Assembly: GCF_006345805.1 (NCBI RefSeq)
Contig: NC_043018.1
Coordinates: 22,630,001 to 22,694,000 of the forward strand
Length of the DNA: 64,000 nucleotides
Source of the DNA: Octopus sinensis
Lineage: Eukaryota
Reading direction: 5' to 3'
In this document: piece by piece, positions 14,322-26,870 of the stretch
Layout of the letters: every line of letters starts with the position of its first letter
Numbering within the stretch: the stretch's first letter is position 1
Translations under genes and position numbers: made by a program
Notes under the pieces: generated by a model
What the model saw: only the letters and a program-made list of their open reading frames with translations
Database searches by the model: none
Told to the model about the DNA's origin: nothing

Positions 14322-14722
14322 GGTATACACCACGTGTCAAGTGTCTAAGTGTCCGCAGAGCAACGTGAGATGAAGTGTTTTGCTCAAGAATAAAACGCAC
14401 CACCGGGTTTTGGAGCGATATTTTTGGCCCAACCTGTGTATGTATTTATATAAAGACATACAGAGACAGAGAGCGATAGGGGTGGGACAAAACGAGGTGT
14501 TTTTACTGCATTTTTGACTGAGACGAAATATATATTTTACGGATCTTTTCCCTTTGAACATAAAATTACTGCTGTTGTTTGTCAACAACAACTATCGGCA
14601 GTGTATATTTCGTTTGTTACTGTTATTTATAATAATAATAATAATGAAATTATTGTATACAGTGCTCAGGTACACCACAGCACTGTATACAATAATTTCA
14701 TTATTATTATTATTATTATAAA

Positions 14723-15234
14723 CTAGCAGTATCGCCCGCGTTGCTCGGATTTGTAAGGGAAATAACTATATAAGCATTTTTAGAGAGTTACTTCCCTTAT
14801 AGATGCCAATTCGGGCTTTCTTAGCCATTTCTGTTTTGGTGTCTTCAAGCCATGAAGTCGTTGTTCTAAAAGAACGCTGGTCTCCTTGACAACCCTTTAC
14901 GACGTTGATTTCCTTACACTCCCTTCCCCACAGCTTCACGATGGAGGGAAGAAGGGGGAGAACCAAACAGGTGCAGGTGTGACCATGGACGCCAACTCCG
15001 CCGCCATCGACACACGAAAAATTATGCATTAAAATGGAATAAAAAATGATGTTAAATTATTTTTTAAATCGTAGACTCATCGTAGACGCGCGCTAATACT
15101 CAGACGGGCTTGATATGAATCACGACTATAAGATACCCGAATTTGGTTAAACTGCACCGCAAAATGTGGGAGTAGTTAGGAATCTAAATCGAAGGGGACA
15201 GACACTCGCACAACTACAGTTTTATATATATAGA
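14723..15234 (-). mobile_element. Non-autonomous Helitron (about 0.4-0.5 kb family)
   Basis: 5' TC, 3' CCG(C)GCAACGCGGG-type hairpin then CTAG, inserted between A and T. Other copies: 1-328(+), 486-857(+), about 11675-12187(+), 16215-16611(-), 29609-30100(-), 39417-39929(-). Confidence 0.75.
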
Positions 15235-15597
15235 TAACAGTAACAAACGAAATATACACCGTAACAAATATAACAGTAACAAACGAAATATGACATCGTC
15301 TGTGCGTTTGTACTGGTTTTAGCTTTAAGGTTTTGGGATTAGGGTTAGAGTTACGGATAAAAATGGAAAATGAAGAAATTGGAGGGGTAGGAGAGGGGGC
15401 AAAAAAGTCTTTCCGAAAACAGGGGAAAAAACTAAAAGCAGTAGAAATTCACGAACGATTATGGTGGTGCCATGAAGGAAACATGCTTCAGATACACTCG
15501 TTTTAGTTATACAAACGTAACGGAGATGAAATATGTCATAAATAACAGTGACAAACGAAATATACACCATCCGAAGTTGTTGACAAACAACGGCAGT

Positions 15598-15848
15598 ATT
15601 AAACATTTATGGTACATTTTAGAAAAACAAGTAAGGAGTTGATATCCTCCACCATCATCACTACAAGAACTGGAGACTATTTCAGTTGAAGAATGGACAA
15701 AAATTCCTTTGGAAACATTTCAAACTTTGTACAAGTCCATACCTCGTAGAATGCAAGCTGTAATTACTGCCAAAGGTGGTCCTACGCCATATTAAAATAA
15801 ATTTGTTTGAAATTTTAAGCTGTTTCCATTATTTTGTCCAACCCCTGA
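15598..15848 (+). mobile_element. Tc1-family transposon 3' remnant
   Basis: IKHLWYILEKQVRS*YPPPSSLQEL...EEWTKIPLETFQTLYKSIPRRMQAVITAKGGPTPY*, then a TIR-like TTTTGTCCAACCCCTG. Confidence 0.8.
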
Positions 15849-16143
15849 ATATATATATATACATATTGAGAGTAACTCTTAACTATTTCATGCTGAAGTT
15901 GTCCCCCTTCATACGATTTACTTTCTATTTTATTCAACAGAAACTCTCATTACAAGCTGGAATTGTATGCTTTATTCTTTTGTATCTGAAGGATCATTCT
16001 GTTGGTTGTTTTTTATTTCATAATGCTGAACAAATCTTTTATCATTTACTTGTTTCAGCCACTGGACTATGGCCATGCTGGGGCACCATGTTCATAAGTT
16101 CTGATGATCAAATTAATTTTCTCTTTTTTCTCATTGTAATCAG

Positions 16144-16174
<31 letters not shown>

Positions 16175-16624
16175 TATATATATAATATGCTATGTGCCAT
16201 TAATATATATTTAACTAGCAGTATCGCCCGGCGTTGCTCGGGTTTGTAAGGGAAATAACTATATAGGCATTTTTAGAGATGTAAAGTATAATAGCCATCT
16301 CAATATGGCTAACTACAAAGGGGCGGGGTGTTACTGTAGCTTTTTACGTTCTGAGATTTAATAATAAATTTTTAGAGAGTTACTTCCCCTATATATGCCA
16401 AAAATGCATTAAAAATGGGAAAAATTGATGGTAAATTTTTTTTAAATCGTAGACTCATCGTAGACGCGCGCTAATACCCAGAAGGGCTCGATATGAATCA
16501 CGACTATAAGATACCTGCTTTTGGTTAAACTGCACCGCAAAATGTGGGAGTAGTTAGGAATCTAAATCGTAGGAGACAGACAGCACACAACCTCACTTTT
16601 ATATATAAAGATATATTGTATGTG

Positions 16625-16930
16625 AGAGCACATGGCTTAGTGGTTAGGGCATTCGGCTCACGATTGTAAGGTCGTGAGTTCAATTCCCGGCGATGCGTTG
16701 TGTCCTTGAGCAAGACACTTTATTTCACATTGTTCCAGTCAACTCATCTGGCAAAAATGAGTTGTACTTATATTTCAAAGGGCCGGCCTTGTCACACTGG
16801 ATATCCCTGAGAACTACATTAAGGGTACACGTGTCTGTGGATTGCTCAGTCACTTGTAAGTTAATTTCACGAGCAAGCTGTTCCGTTGATCGTATCAGCT
16901 GGGACCCTCGTCGTCGTAACCGACAGAATG
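16625..16930 (+). mobile_element. tRNA-headed SINE with TGTGTCCTTGAGCAAGACACTT core; related copy at about 37940-38210
   Basis: TGGCTTAGTGGTTAGGG A box and GAGTTCAATTCC B box, followed by a conserved central motif. Confidence 0.6.
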
Positions 16931-17149
16931 CTCCTAATATATTGTATGTATTTGTATTTACACTTATTCCACTATTAAATATTCTACTTCATACATTTCC
17001 ATCCATCATCTTGCATGTTCAACTCACTGAGAAAAAAGATGCATTCAACCTTAGCCTATTTACTTACGACACTCATCCATGAATTTCTTACTTTAAGCAA
17101 AACAAAAAACAAATTTAATTTTATATTACAAATTGGAAATTCAGAAGGC

Positions 17150-17666
17150 CTGCCGTTACGTTCTGAGTTCAAATCCCGCCGAGGTCGACTTTGCCTTTCA
17201 TCCTTTCGGGATCGATAAATTAAGTACCAGTTACGCACTGGGGTCAATGTAATTGACTTAATCCGTTTGTTTGTCCCCTCTGTGTTTAGCCCCCTGTGGG
17301 TAGTAAAGAAATAGGTATTTCGTCTGCGGTTACGTTCTGAGTTCAAATTCCGCCGAGGTTGACTTTGCCTTTCATCCTTTCGAGGTCGATAAATTAAGTA
17401 CCAGTTACGCACTGAGGTCAATGTAATTGACTTAATCCGTTTGTTTGTCCCCTCTGTGTTTAGCCCCCTGTGGGTAGTAAAGAAATAGGTATTTCGTCTG
17501 CGGTTACGTTCTGAGTTCAAATTCCGCCGAGGTCGACTTTGCCTTTCATCCTTTCGGGGTCGATAAATTAAGTACCAGTTACGCACTGGGGTCGATGTAA
17601 TCGACTTAATCCGTTTGTCTGTCCCCTCTGTGTTTAGCCCCCTGTGGGTAGTAAAGAAATAGGTAT
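17150..17666 (+). repeat. Three tandem 174-bp units of the same SINE body
   Basis: Unit junctions AAGAAATA|GGTAT at 17314, 17488 and 17662. Confidence 0.85.
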
Positions 17667-18289
17667 GCTGGTGACTCCTCATGTCTATACAAGGAGTATT
17701 TTTCTTTAGGGCGCAGATGTGGTTGTGTGGCAAAAAGCTTGCTTCCCAACTACATGGTTTTAAGTTCAGTCCCACTGCGTGGCACCTTGGGTAAGTGTCT
17801 CCTGCTATAGCCTCAGGCCGACCAAAGCTTTGTGAGTAGATTTGATAGACGGAAACTGAAAGAAGCCCATCCTATATATATATGTGTGTGTGTGTGTATG
17901 TCTTTGTGACTGTGTTTGTACCCCATCACCACTTGAGAACCAGTGTTGGTGTGTTCACATCCCTGTAACTTAGCGGTTTGGCATAGAGACCAATAGAGTA
18001 AGTACCAGGCTTAACAAAAAAATAAGTACTATAGTCAATTCGTTTGACTAAATTAAATTCTTCAAGGCAGAGCACCAACATGGCCACAGTCTAATGACTG
18101 AATATTTTTTGTTGTTTTTGTAAAATCTCAGAAAATAATTAAAAATTCACATTTTTTATCAAATTATTTTGTTATATTTGTCTTTTTAAATATTTCACTA
18201 ACTTTTTGTTATAACTTGGTAAAAGGGTCCGTATTTTGCCAAATTTGTTCCCACAGTCTTCTTTATCCACAAACAGAATTGTAAACTTA

Positions 18290-18323
<34 letters not shown>

Positions 18324-18663
18324 TGTATGGATGTAAGAGGAAGAGAGAGAGAGTGTGTGTGTAAGGAAGAGAGAGAATGTGTGTGTGTATGTGAGAGGGT
18401 GAGAGAGTGTGAGGGAGAGTGAAAGAATGTGTGTGAGATAGAGATAGTGTGCATATGTGAGAGGGAGAGAGAGAGACTGTGTGTGTGTGTGTGTATGAGA
18501 GAGTGTGTGTATGTGAGATAGATATAGTGTGCATATGTGAGAGAGAGACTGTGTGTGTATACAAGAGAGAGAGAGTGTGTGTGTATGTGTATGTGAAAGG
18601 GAGAGAGAGAAAGTGTGTGTGTGAGATAGAGATAGTGTGCATATGTGAGAGGGAGAGAGAGAG

Positions 18664-18699
<36 letters not shown>

Positions 18700-18970
18700 A
18701 GAGAGTGTGTGTATGTGAGATAGATATAGTGTGCATATGTGAGAGAGAGACTGTGTGTGTATACAAGAGAGAGAGAGTGTGTGTGTATGTGTATGTGAAA
18801 GGGAGAGAGAGAAAGTGTGTGTGTGAGATAGAGATAGTGTGCATATGTGAGAGGGAGAGAGAGAGACTGTGTGTGTGTGTGTGTGTGTACGAGAGACTGT
18901 GTGTGTATACAAGAGAGAGAGAGAGTGTGTGTGTATGTGAAAGGGAGAGAGAGAAAGTGTGTGTGTGTTT
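18290..18970. repeat. Compound (GT)/(GA) minisatellite with about 190-bp higher-order repeat
   Basis: The GAGATAGAGATAGTGTGCATATGTGAGAGGG block recurs three times. Confidence 0.8.
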
Positions 18971-19100
18971 TTTCCATATTCACTGGTTTGTAAACAATGG
19001 CTTCTTGCCAGCTTCATTATCTTGCAGTTCACCACGAAAGGATATCCGGTCTTCCTGATATGTCTTGGCATTGTGAGAGCTTCATAAAAAGGCTCCTTAA

Positions 19101-19319
19101 CCCTTTAGTGTTCAGATTATTCAATCAAACATAATGCCTATTGATTCCCATTGATTTGAATTATTCATGCATTATCTCATATCTTCAAGATCTTGATGGT
19201 GTAATTACTTAATGTAGAATAACATTGTAGGGTAGGTGTGAGGGCCTGGATCTGGTCAGTTTGAACATAAAACAGATTAGCTATTTTGGCCGGATATGGC
19301 CGGTTTAAATACTAAAGGG
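19101..19319. mobile_element. piggyBac-type MITE
   Basis: TTAA|CCCTTTAG...CTAAAGGG|TTAA. A related copy split by a SINE lies at about 20850-21480. Confidence 0.7.
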
Positions 19320-20412
19320 TTAAATGGTGCTGTTAGTTTCCAATCTCCTGCATAAGAAATGGCCTGGCTGTTAAGTTATTCAATAGACCCAGAAGATTAT
19401 CACTTCACTTGGACACAAAACAGGTGAAGGTTAACAACAGGAAAGGCCTCCAACTGTAGAAAAACTCAACCACAACGTACTCTTGTCTGACTCATAGAAG
19501 CATGCAAAAGATATTAACACAATGATGATGATATATACACACACGTATACAGATAAGATATGGCCTGGCTGTTAAGTTATTCAATAGACCCAGAAGATTA
19601 TCACTTCACTTGGAAACAAAACAGGTGAAGGTTAACAACAGGAAAGGCCTCTGGCTGTAGAAAAACTCAACCACAACATACTCTTGCCTGACTCATAGAA
19701 GCATGCAAAAGATATTAACACAATGATGATGATATATACACACAGGAGTGGCTGTGTGGTAAGTAGCTTGCTAACCAACCACATGGTTCCGGGTTCAGTC
19801 CCACTGCGTGGCATCTTGGGCAAGTGTCTTCTGCTATAGCCCCGGGCCGACCAATGCCTTGTGAGTGGATTTGGTAGACGGAAACTGAAAGAAGCCCGTC
19901 GTATATATGTATATGTGTGTGTTGTGTGTCTGTGTTTGTCCCCCTAGCATTGCTTGACAACCGATGCTGGTGTGTTTACATCCTTGTAACTTAGCGGTTC
20001 GGAAAAAGAGAACGATAGAATAAGTACTGGGCTTACAAAGAATAAGTCGCGGGGTCGAGTTGCTCGACTAAAGGCGGTGCTCCAGCATGGCTGCAGTCAA
20101 ATGACTGAAACAAATAAAAGAGTATACGTATACAGATACGCTAGCAGACATACCTGGCATTGCTTGGGATTGAAATGGCATAGTTTGTATACAGGTACAG
20201 TTAAGTTGAAACATGTGATAGGGAAAGTGAGGCACTGATGCCAAAACATTTGTGGAGTAAATGAAGGGCTAAGTTGGATCTCTACCTTTTGACCGACAGA
20301 TTTAAAAAATAATTTTTTGTAACTAAACACTTTCAAACTTCATATACTGTTTGTGTTTGTCCCCCCAACATCGCTTGACAACCGATGCTGGTGTGTTTAT
20401 GTCCCGTAACTT

Positions 20413-20701
20413 CATCATCATCATTGTTCGACCGTGGTCGAGACAATGGAATTTACCATGCTACGCCAGACTTCACGGTCCATCATGGCATTACGGAGGT
20501 CCTGTTGCTGGATGCCTGAATCCCTGGAGATTACATTAGGGTAGAAGAGTGTACGCCCTCTGGTATCGTGAGTGGTTGGCTTCCAGAGGAGAAGAGTAGA
20601 AATTACTTCTGTTTCAGCTCTACAACAATGTCCAGCAAACTGGACTCTCCTACCTTTCACAAGAGATGACACAGGTGGTAGTTTTCCATATATTTGCAAC
20701 T
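20413..20701 (-). mobile_element. RTE-type LINE 3' end inserted into a SINE
   Basis: IYGKLPPVSSLVKGRRVQFAGHC...MMDREVWRSMV; (GAT)n tail; GTAACTT direct repeat at 20406-20412 and 20702-20708. Confidence 0.8.
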
Positions 20702-21959
20702 GTAACTTAGCGGTTCGGCGAAAGAGTCTGATAGAATAAGTACTAGGCTTACAAAGAATAAGTCCTGGGGTCGATTTGCTCGACTGAAGGCAGTGCTCCA
20801 GCATGGCTACAGTCAAATGACTGAAACAAGTAAAAGAGAATGGTATTTTAACTCTTTGGCATTCAGACTACTCTGTCGAAATATAATGCTAATTTATTCA
20901 CATTGTTTTGCATATCTTGTAGCTTTCAGATTTTGAAGAAGTAACTCTTTACTCTTTACTCTTTTACTTGTTTCAGTCATTTGACTGCGGCCATGCTGGA
21001 GCACCGCCTTTAATCGAGCAACTCAACACTGGGACTTATTCTTTGTAAGCCCAGTACTTATTCTATCGGTCTCATTTTGCCGAACCGCTAAGTGACAGGG
21101 ACATAAACACACCAGCATCAGTTGTCAAGCAATGCTAGGGGGACAAACACAGACACAAACATACATACATATATATATAGATATATACGACAGGCTTCTT
21201 TCAGTTTCCGTCTACCAAATCCACTCACAAGGCAACAAGGCATTGGTCGGCCCGGGGCTATAGTAGAAGACACTTGCCCAAGATGCCACGCAGTGGGACT
21301 GAACCCGGAACCATGTGGTTGGTTAGCAAGCTACTTACCACACCGCCACTCCTGCGCCTAACTGTTTATTTTTAGAATGACATTGTAGGACAGGTATGAG
21401 AAGCCGGATTGGACTTGTGTGAAGATAAAAAGGTAAAGCAGGTAGAATATTTTGGCCAGATATGACTGGTTGAAATACACATATTTTATACTTTCTATAC
21501 TTAAAAAAGACCCTCATCAGTGAATAATTAATTTGTCTTATTAACCTCATCAATTTCTTTATCAGATTCTTATCTTCTGTTTGTAATTAGGTTTTTTTTA
21601 GTTATAAACCTACAGGTGGACATTAAAATAAGTGTTTGTAATCAATATGATCAATTTCCAATCAATAACTGATACCTATATAAATAAAAAGAATGTGTGT
21701 GTGTATGTGTGTGTGGCTGGGTTACTGTAACAGTAATACGTGATAGCCAAAATGAAAAAAAAAAAGATCAGGGTTAAATGTCAGTTTGAATGTGCGGAGT
21801 GTGGCGACACAATTTAGGAAAAAATTACTTTCATGAGGCACTGAAGTGCAGTTCATCCTCATTTTACCGGTCTATTTTATATTTCTTCACTTATGTGGTC
21901 GTTGAAGAACAATAAAAAGATCAATAACCACACACACACATATAGATAGATAGATAGAT

Positions 21960-21998
21960 AGATATATATTATATACAATTTATATATATATATTATTA

Positions 21999-22065
<67 letters not shown>

Positions 22066-22090
22066 ACAGATAATATATACTATATATATA

Positions 22091-22155
<65 letters not shown>

Positions 22156-22391
22156 CTAGCAAAAACTGTCCGACGAACGGAAACGAGAACTCAGAGTAAC
22201 AGGTTTTGTTGAATTTTCTGCTGCTTTAAATAAGCATTTACTCTACTCTACCATGTTTGAGTACTCTTTTTTCCCTTGTTTCACATTTATGTGTTACTAC
22301 ACTCCGGTATATATAATATAGTAATAGTATATGTATATATATAATATATATAATATATATATATATATATATAATATATAGTATATATATC

Positions 22392-22422
<31 letters not shown>

Positions 22423-22458
22423 AAATATATATATGTGTGTATATATATATATATGTAA

Positions 22459-22499
<41 letters not shown>

Positions 22500-22551
22500 G
22501 TGTATATTATATATATATGTTATTATATAGTATATGTATATATATAAAATG

Positions 22552-22585
<34 letters not shown>

Positions 22586-22678
22586 CATATATATATATGT
22601 TATATATTTATATATATATATTATGTATGTATATATATGTATATATATATATAATATATATATAATATATATATGTAT

Positions 22679-22712
<34 letters not shown>

Positions 22713-22715
22713 AAG
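21960..22715. repeat. (TA)n-rich microsatellite block
   Basis: Long (TA)n runs with a hammerhead-type half element embedded at about 22155-22300. Confidence 0.9.
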
Positions 22716-23154
22716 CATGTATGTATGTGAGGGACGACTGTGTTTTATCTGTTCGTGTATTAGGTATGTGTAATGTGTGTGTATCAAGATGTAATGTCCA
22801 ATATGTCATGTCCAGTCCAATGGTCATTTAATTTAGACTCGTAGGTGATATTTGGGCCGATGTCGTTTCGTAGTCCCAGGTGGTATTTTTCAGCCAGACT
22901 TCAGCATTTTTCTCAAAAATTTGACCCATTAATTTTCGAATGGCCTCATTTCATTTGCGAATGTCCATTGATGCCATCATTATCATCATCATCATCAACA
23001 TTATGGTCGTCGTCGTCATTATCATTATCTTCATTGTTATAGTCGTCGCAGTCGCTTTCGTCCTCGTCGTCGTTGCCATCATCATCATCGTCGTCATCAT
23101 CATCGTCGTCAAACCTGCTGAGTCACTAAGACGGCGTGAAATAAATCTTGCTCA

Positions 23155-23540
23155 GGAGTGGCTGTGTGGTAAGTAGCTTGTTTACCAACCGCATGGTTCT
23201 GGGTTCAGTCCCACTGCGTGGCATCTTGGGCAAGTGCCTTCTGCTATAGCCCCGGGCCGACCAATGCCTTGTGAGTGGATTTGGTAGACAGAAACTGAAA
23301 GAAGCCTGTCGTATATATGTATATACATATGTATGTGTGTGTCTATTTGTGTGTGTGTGTTTGTCCCCCTAGCATTGCTTGACAACTGATGCTGGTGTGT
23401 TTACGTCCCCGTCACTTAGCGGTTCGGCAAAAGAAACCGATAGAATAAGTACTGGGCTTACAAAGAATAAGTACCGGGGTCGATTTGCTCGACTAAAGGC
23501 GGTACTCCAGCATGGCCGCAGTCAAATGACTGAAAGAGAG
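23155..23540 (+). mobile_element. Most abundant tRNA-derived SINE (about 400 bp, internal (GT)/(TA) tract, (AAAGAGT)n tail); more than 20 copies in the window
   Basis: Head GGAGTGGCTGTGTGGTAAG...GGTTCAGTCCCACTGCG with A/B boxes. Other copies include 5730-6095(-), 6640-7035(-), 9385-9775(-), 19744-20120(+), 20945-21360(-), 27495-27830(+), 34620-35095(+), 54425-54825(-), 55421-55815(+) and 58380-58780(-). Confidence 0.85.
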
Positions 23541-23939
23541 AGAGTAAAATTATGTGACTTACACTGCACCACATTGTATCACACAGCGCCACCCCATGTT
23601 ATATCATGTTAGACCACATTATACTACATACCTTGGTGAGCAAACTTGATAGAGAGAGAGAGAGAGTGTGTGCATTTTTGCGTGCAATTTTTGTCCAACT
23701 ACACCACCCCCACTGCATGACAACCCAACCGGGATTGGTATGTTTACGTAGCTGTGTGGTAAGAAGCTTGCTTCCCAACCACACGGTTCCGAGTTCAGTC
23801 CCACTGCATGCAATCTTGGGCAAGTGTCATCTATAGTTTCGGACCAACCAAAGCTTGTGAGAGGATTTAGAAGACAGAAACTGAAACAAGCCTGGCATAT
23901 ATATGCAAATGTATACATACATACATACATACATACATA

Positions 23940-24140
23940 CATGATGATGGCTGCTCCTCGTTATCGAGTACGGCCATTGCACGAAGCTTAACTGTTATTG
24001 GTGCTGTGATCAAATGTGACGTTTTAGCCCAGCTAAAGATTTACAATGTCTTGTACAGAATTGGCAGCTAAAACCTTCACTGGCAATAGCCGGCTGTAGT
24101 TGTTACTGGGCTTCATGTACCTTTGCATGTCATTTAAGTC
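23940..24140 (-). mobile_element. RTE-type 3' end with C2H2-like tail; plus-strand copy at about 11480-11670
   Basis: FSCQLCTRHCRSLAGLKSHIRSQHQ* in the 11.5 kb copy, followed by a shared 3' UTR and (CAT)n. Confidence 0.6.
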
Positions 24141-24149
24141 CTCCTGTCA

Positions 24150-24470
24150 AATTACACTCTCTTCCACATGCCCGACAGATATGATTAGTATGGTGTGTAT
24201 AACACCACCACCAGTGGCCAGGTTGTCACTCATCTGTCTCGCTTTATGACTACGAAGATGACTCTTGAGTTCAGCTTTATTGAGGCAGGGTCTTGCACAG
24301 ACACTGCATGTCAGCATCATAGAAAGACCTTTCCCAGTTTTCTTGAGATTGACTGTCAATCCTAAGGCAGTGCAAGCATCAGAGAATGCATTCAAAATGT
24401 GTTGCATATCAATCTCTGTGTGTGCTACTAGATCACAATCATCTGCATACAAAAGGTCTCTTATACATAC
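24150..24470 (-). mobile_element. Internally deleted RTE-type LINE (RT YADD segment fused to C-terminal zinc finger)
   Basis: IRDLLYADDCDLVAHTEIDMQHILNAFSDACTALGLTVNLKKT joined in frame to TCSVCARPCLNKAELKSHLRSH. Confidence 0.75.
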
Positions 24471-25764
24471 ATAAATACATACATACATACATATGTCGAA
24501 TGACCGTGCAAAAGGAGAGGTGACAATGAATGGCTCCTTTAATGCATCGCACGGTCGATTACAATGAGTGCGAAAAGTATGAATGAGGTTGAGTGCCAGA
24601 AGGAAAAGAGAGACACAACCGATAGAATGTTAAAGAGAAGATGTTATTGATAGATTAATGTGTGCGTCATAAGTACATGTATAATAATAACAACAGACCG
24701 GCCGTCATGTATGCAAAGTGTGTATGTGTGTGCATAAAGTACAGAGTATTGAAAGAGTCTATAATAGGACGCTAGAAGAATGTTCAGGCACAAGGAAGAT
24801 AAATACCAGTTCGTCGTAAGGTACATAATAGTTGAAGTGCTATAACAAGAAGTCGAGGCGAAGAAGCAGAGCTGGTTGAGACACCTGTCATGTAAGAGGT
24901 TGTGGCTACTATGCCGCTGCCGGTCACTTGATACAGGAAGATCTCGCAGGTTGTACTTGCTGTTAACCATGATGAAGTAATTCACAAACAGTGAGGAGAT
25001 TGAGTCTGGCGAGTTGCTGTGTACGTAGAGAGTTTTGTTGGCGACGTTGAGATGGAGGTCCAGGTACTGCTAGATGAAGTGTTGATGTTTCTCCATGTGA
25101 CTGCTGATGTTGTGCTGTCGCTGGAATTGGCTGTGTGCTTTGTGGTCAGTGGTTAGACCTTAGGAGGTCTAGAACCAAAAGACGAAAAATCGGTGTTGAA
25201 GCTACCGTTTTACAATGAACTGTCGGCGCAAACGGAAGTTTAGAAGTGACTGTCTCTCATGACCTTGTCAGAAGGTTGCGATTGGCGCGTAATAGAGCAA
25301 GAGACGAACTGCGCCAATACCAACCAATCAGTGTAGTGGACACAACAGGCTCCAAGCCTCCGAAGGCTAGCTGTTATCTACTACGTCCGTATTTATGTAT
25401 AACAGAGAGAGAGAGAGAATCAACTACACATACATACACACACACGCACGCACACACACACACACATATATATATACATATATGGGTACAGGACGTCACC
25501 AACAGTAAACAACATGAAATACGAAAACAAATGAGTTAAATACGCAAATAACGAGAGGAAAATGGAAAGTAGGAGAAGTAACGCAAGGAATACAAAGAGC
25601 AACCCTTCATCAGTTGTCGACTGTCTATCTACTTCCCGTTTCGAGCAATCGACTATGATATGAGTCTTCGAAGACAGTGGCTCCCATAAATACCAAAATA
25701 AAATTTTGCACCTATGGAGGGTCAAAATTTGGAACAAAAACAGGACAGTGGAGACATACAAGGA

Positions 25765-25805
<41 letters not shown>

Positions 25806-25923
25806 CACACACACACACACATACACTAAGGTGAAGCGAAAAATGTAACTTTCGAAATTGGTAACCAAGAATCGATATTTTGTTGAGAATTAGGGTTAAA
25901 AGAAAGATGTATAAATAACTAAT

Positions 25924-26110
25924 AATTAGGCTTCTCAAAACCAGATAGGAGAAAGCTGATTCGAAGACTACAGATCCAATCCATCACTGGAACTGTAAAA
26001 ATCTGTAAAACTTTCCAGAAGTTTATCATTTAAAAATATATTAGCATGTCTAGATATGCAACTATATATATGAGAATACATGCATAAAACGAAACATACA
26101 AATCCGCACC
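25924..26110 (+). mobile_element. Shorter 3' fragment of the same RLE-type LINE, followed by (TACA)n
   Basis: LGFSKPDRRKLIRRLQIQSITGTVKICKTFQKFII*, then a 3' UTR similar to the 28621 copy. Confidence 0.7.
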
Positions 26111-26689
26111 TATACATACATACATACATACATACATACATACATACATACATACATACATACATACACACACACATACATACACATACACACACACATA
26201 CACACACATACACACACACATACATACACACATACACACACACATACACACACATACACACACACATACATACATACACACACACACATACATACACACA
26301 CACATACACACACACACACACATACATACACACACACACATACATACACACACACATACATACACACACATACATACATACATACATACATACATACATA
26401 CATACATACCTTGTTGATATTGAAATTGCAATGAAGGATCCTTGGATCTAGGTTAGAAACCGGCTTACTCTCTCTCTCTCTATTAGCATGAAATTTTGAA
26501 ATAAAACTGAATAAGGACACACATACATATTTGTCTAATGCATTTAAAATGTTTCTGGTTGAAATGTAATTGTTATATCTTTGTGGTATCTGTGATTTAT
26601 ACATGACTTTGCGGCATTTGTGACTTATCATGAGTCTACGCATGAATGCTTGCGTGCAATACGTACATACATGCATACATAGACAAACA

Positions 26690-26870
26690 GGCTGGATATC
26701 GTTGCTTTGTACAGTGGGGAAGAAAAGGTACGTACTGTCATAGAGGTCATTCGCCCTGCTGACGTGAATACCTGTTGAAAACTGAAGCAAAAAAAAGGAT
26801 AGCTATGGACTGCTGTTTCGAAACCTTCAGCTTCTACATCCAGATACAAATTTGAGAAAGCCAGGGTTTT
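26690..26870 (+). mobile_element. Older RLE endonuclease fragment
   Basis: NRLDIVALYSGEEKVRTVIEVIRPADVN...K..Q...YGLLFRNLQLLHP, a decayed PD..E..K-type motif. Confidence 0.55.

Noticed and set aside
18172-19071. Long His/Thr/Ser/Leu ORFs (299, 261 and 185 aa)
   Set aside because: They are translations of (CA)/(CT) minisatellite.
19028-19072. Possible 45-nt exon FTTKGYPVFLICLGI
   Set aside because: It has only a vague hydrophobic resemblance to TM2, no diagnostic residues, and a weak donor.
21785-21856. C2H2-spaced peptide FECAECG...H....H
   Set aside because: It has two in-frame stops and is isolated; at most a decayed remnant.
25968-26431. MYVC/HTYI ORFs (also 28286-28617, 49080-49658, 61611-61928 and many YIYI ORFs)
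   Set aside because: They are stop-free frames of (TACA)n, (GATA)n and (TA)n microsatellites.
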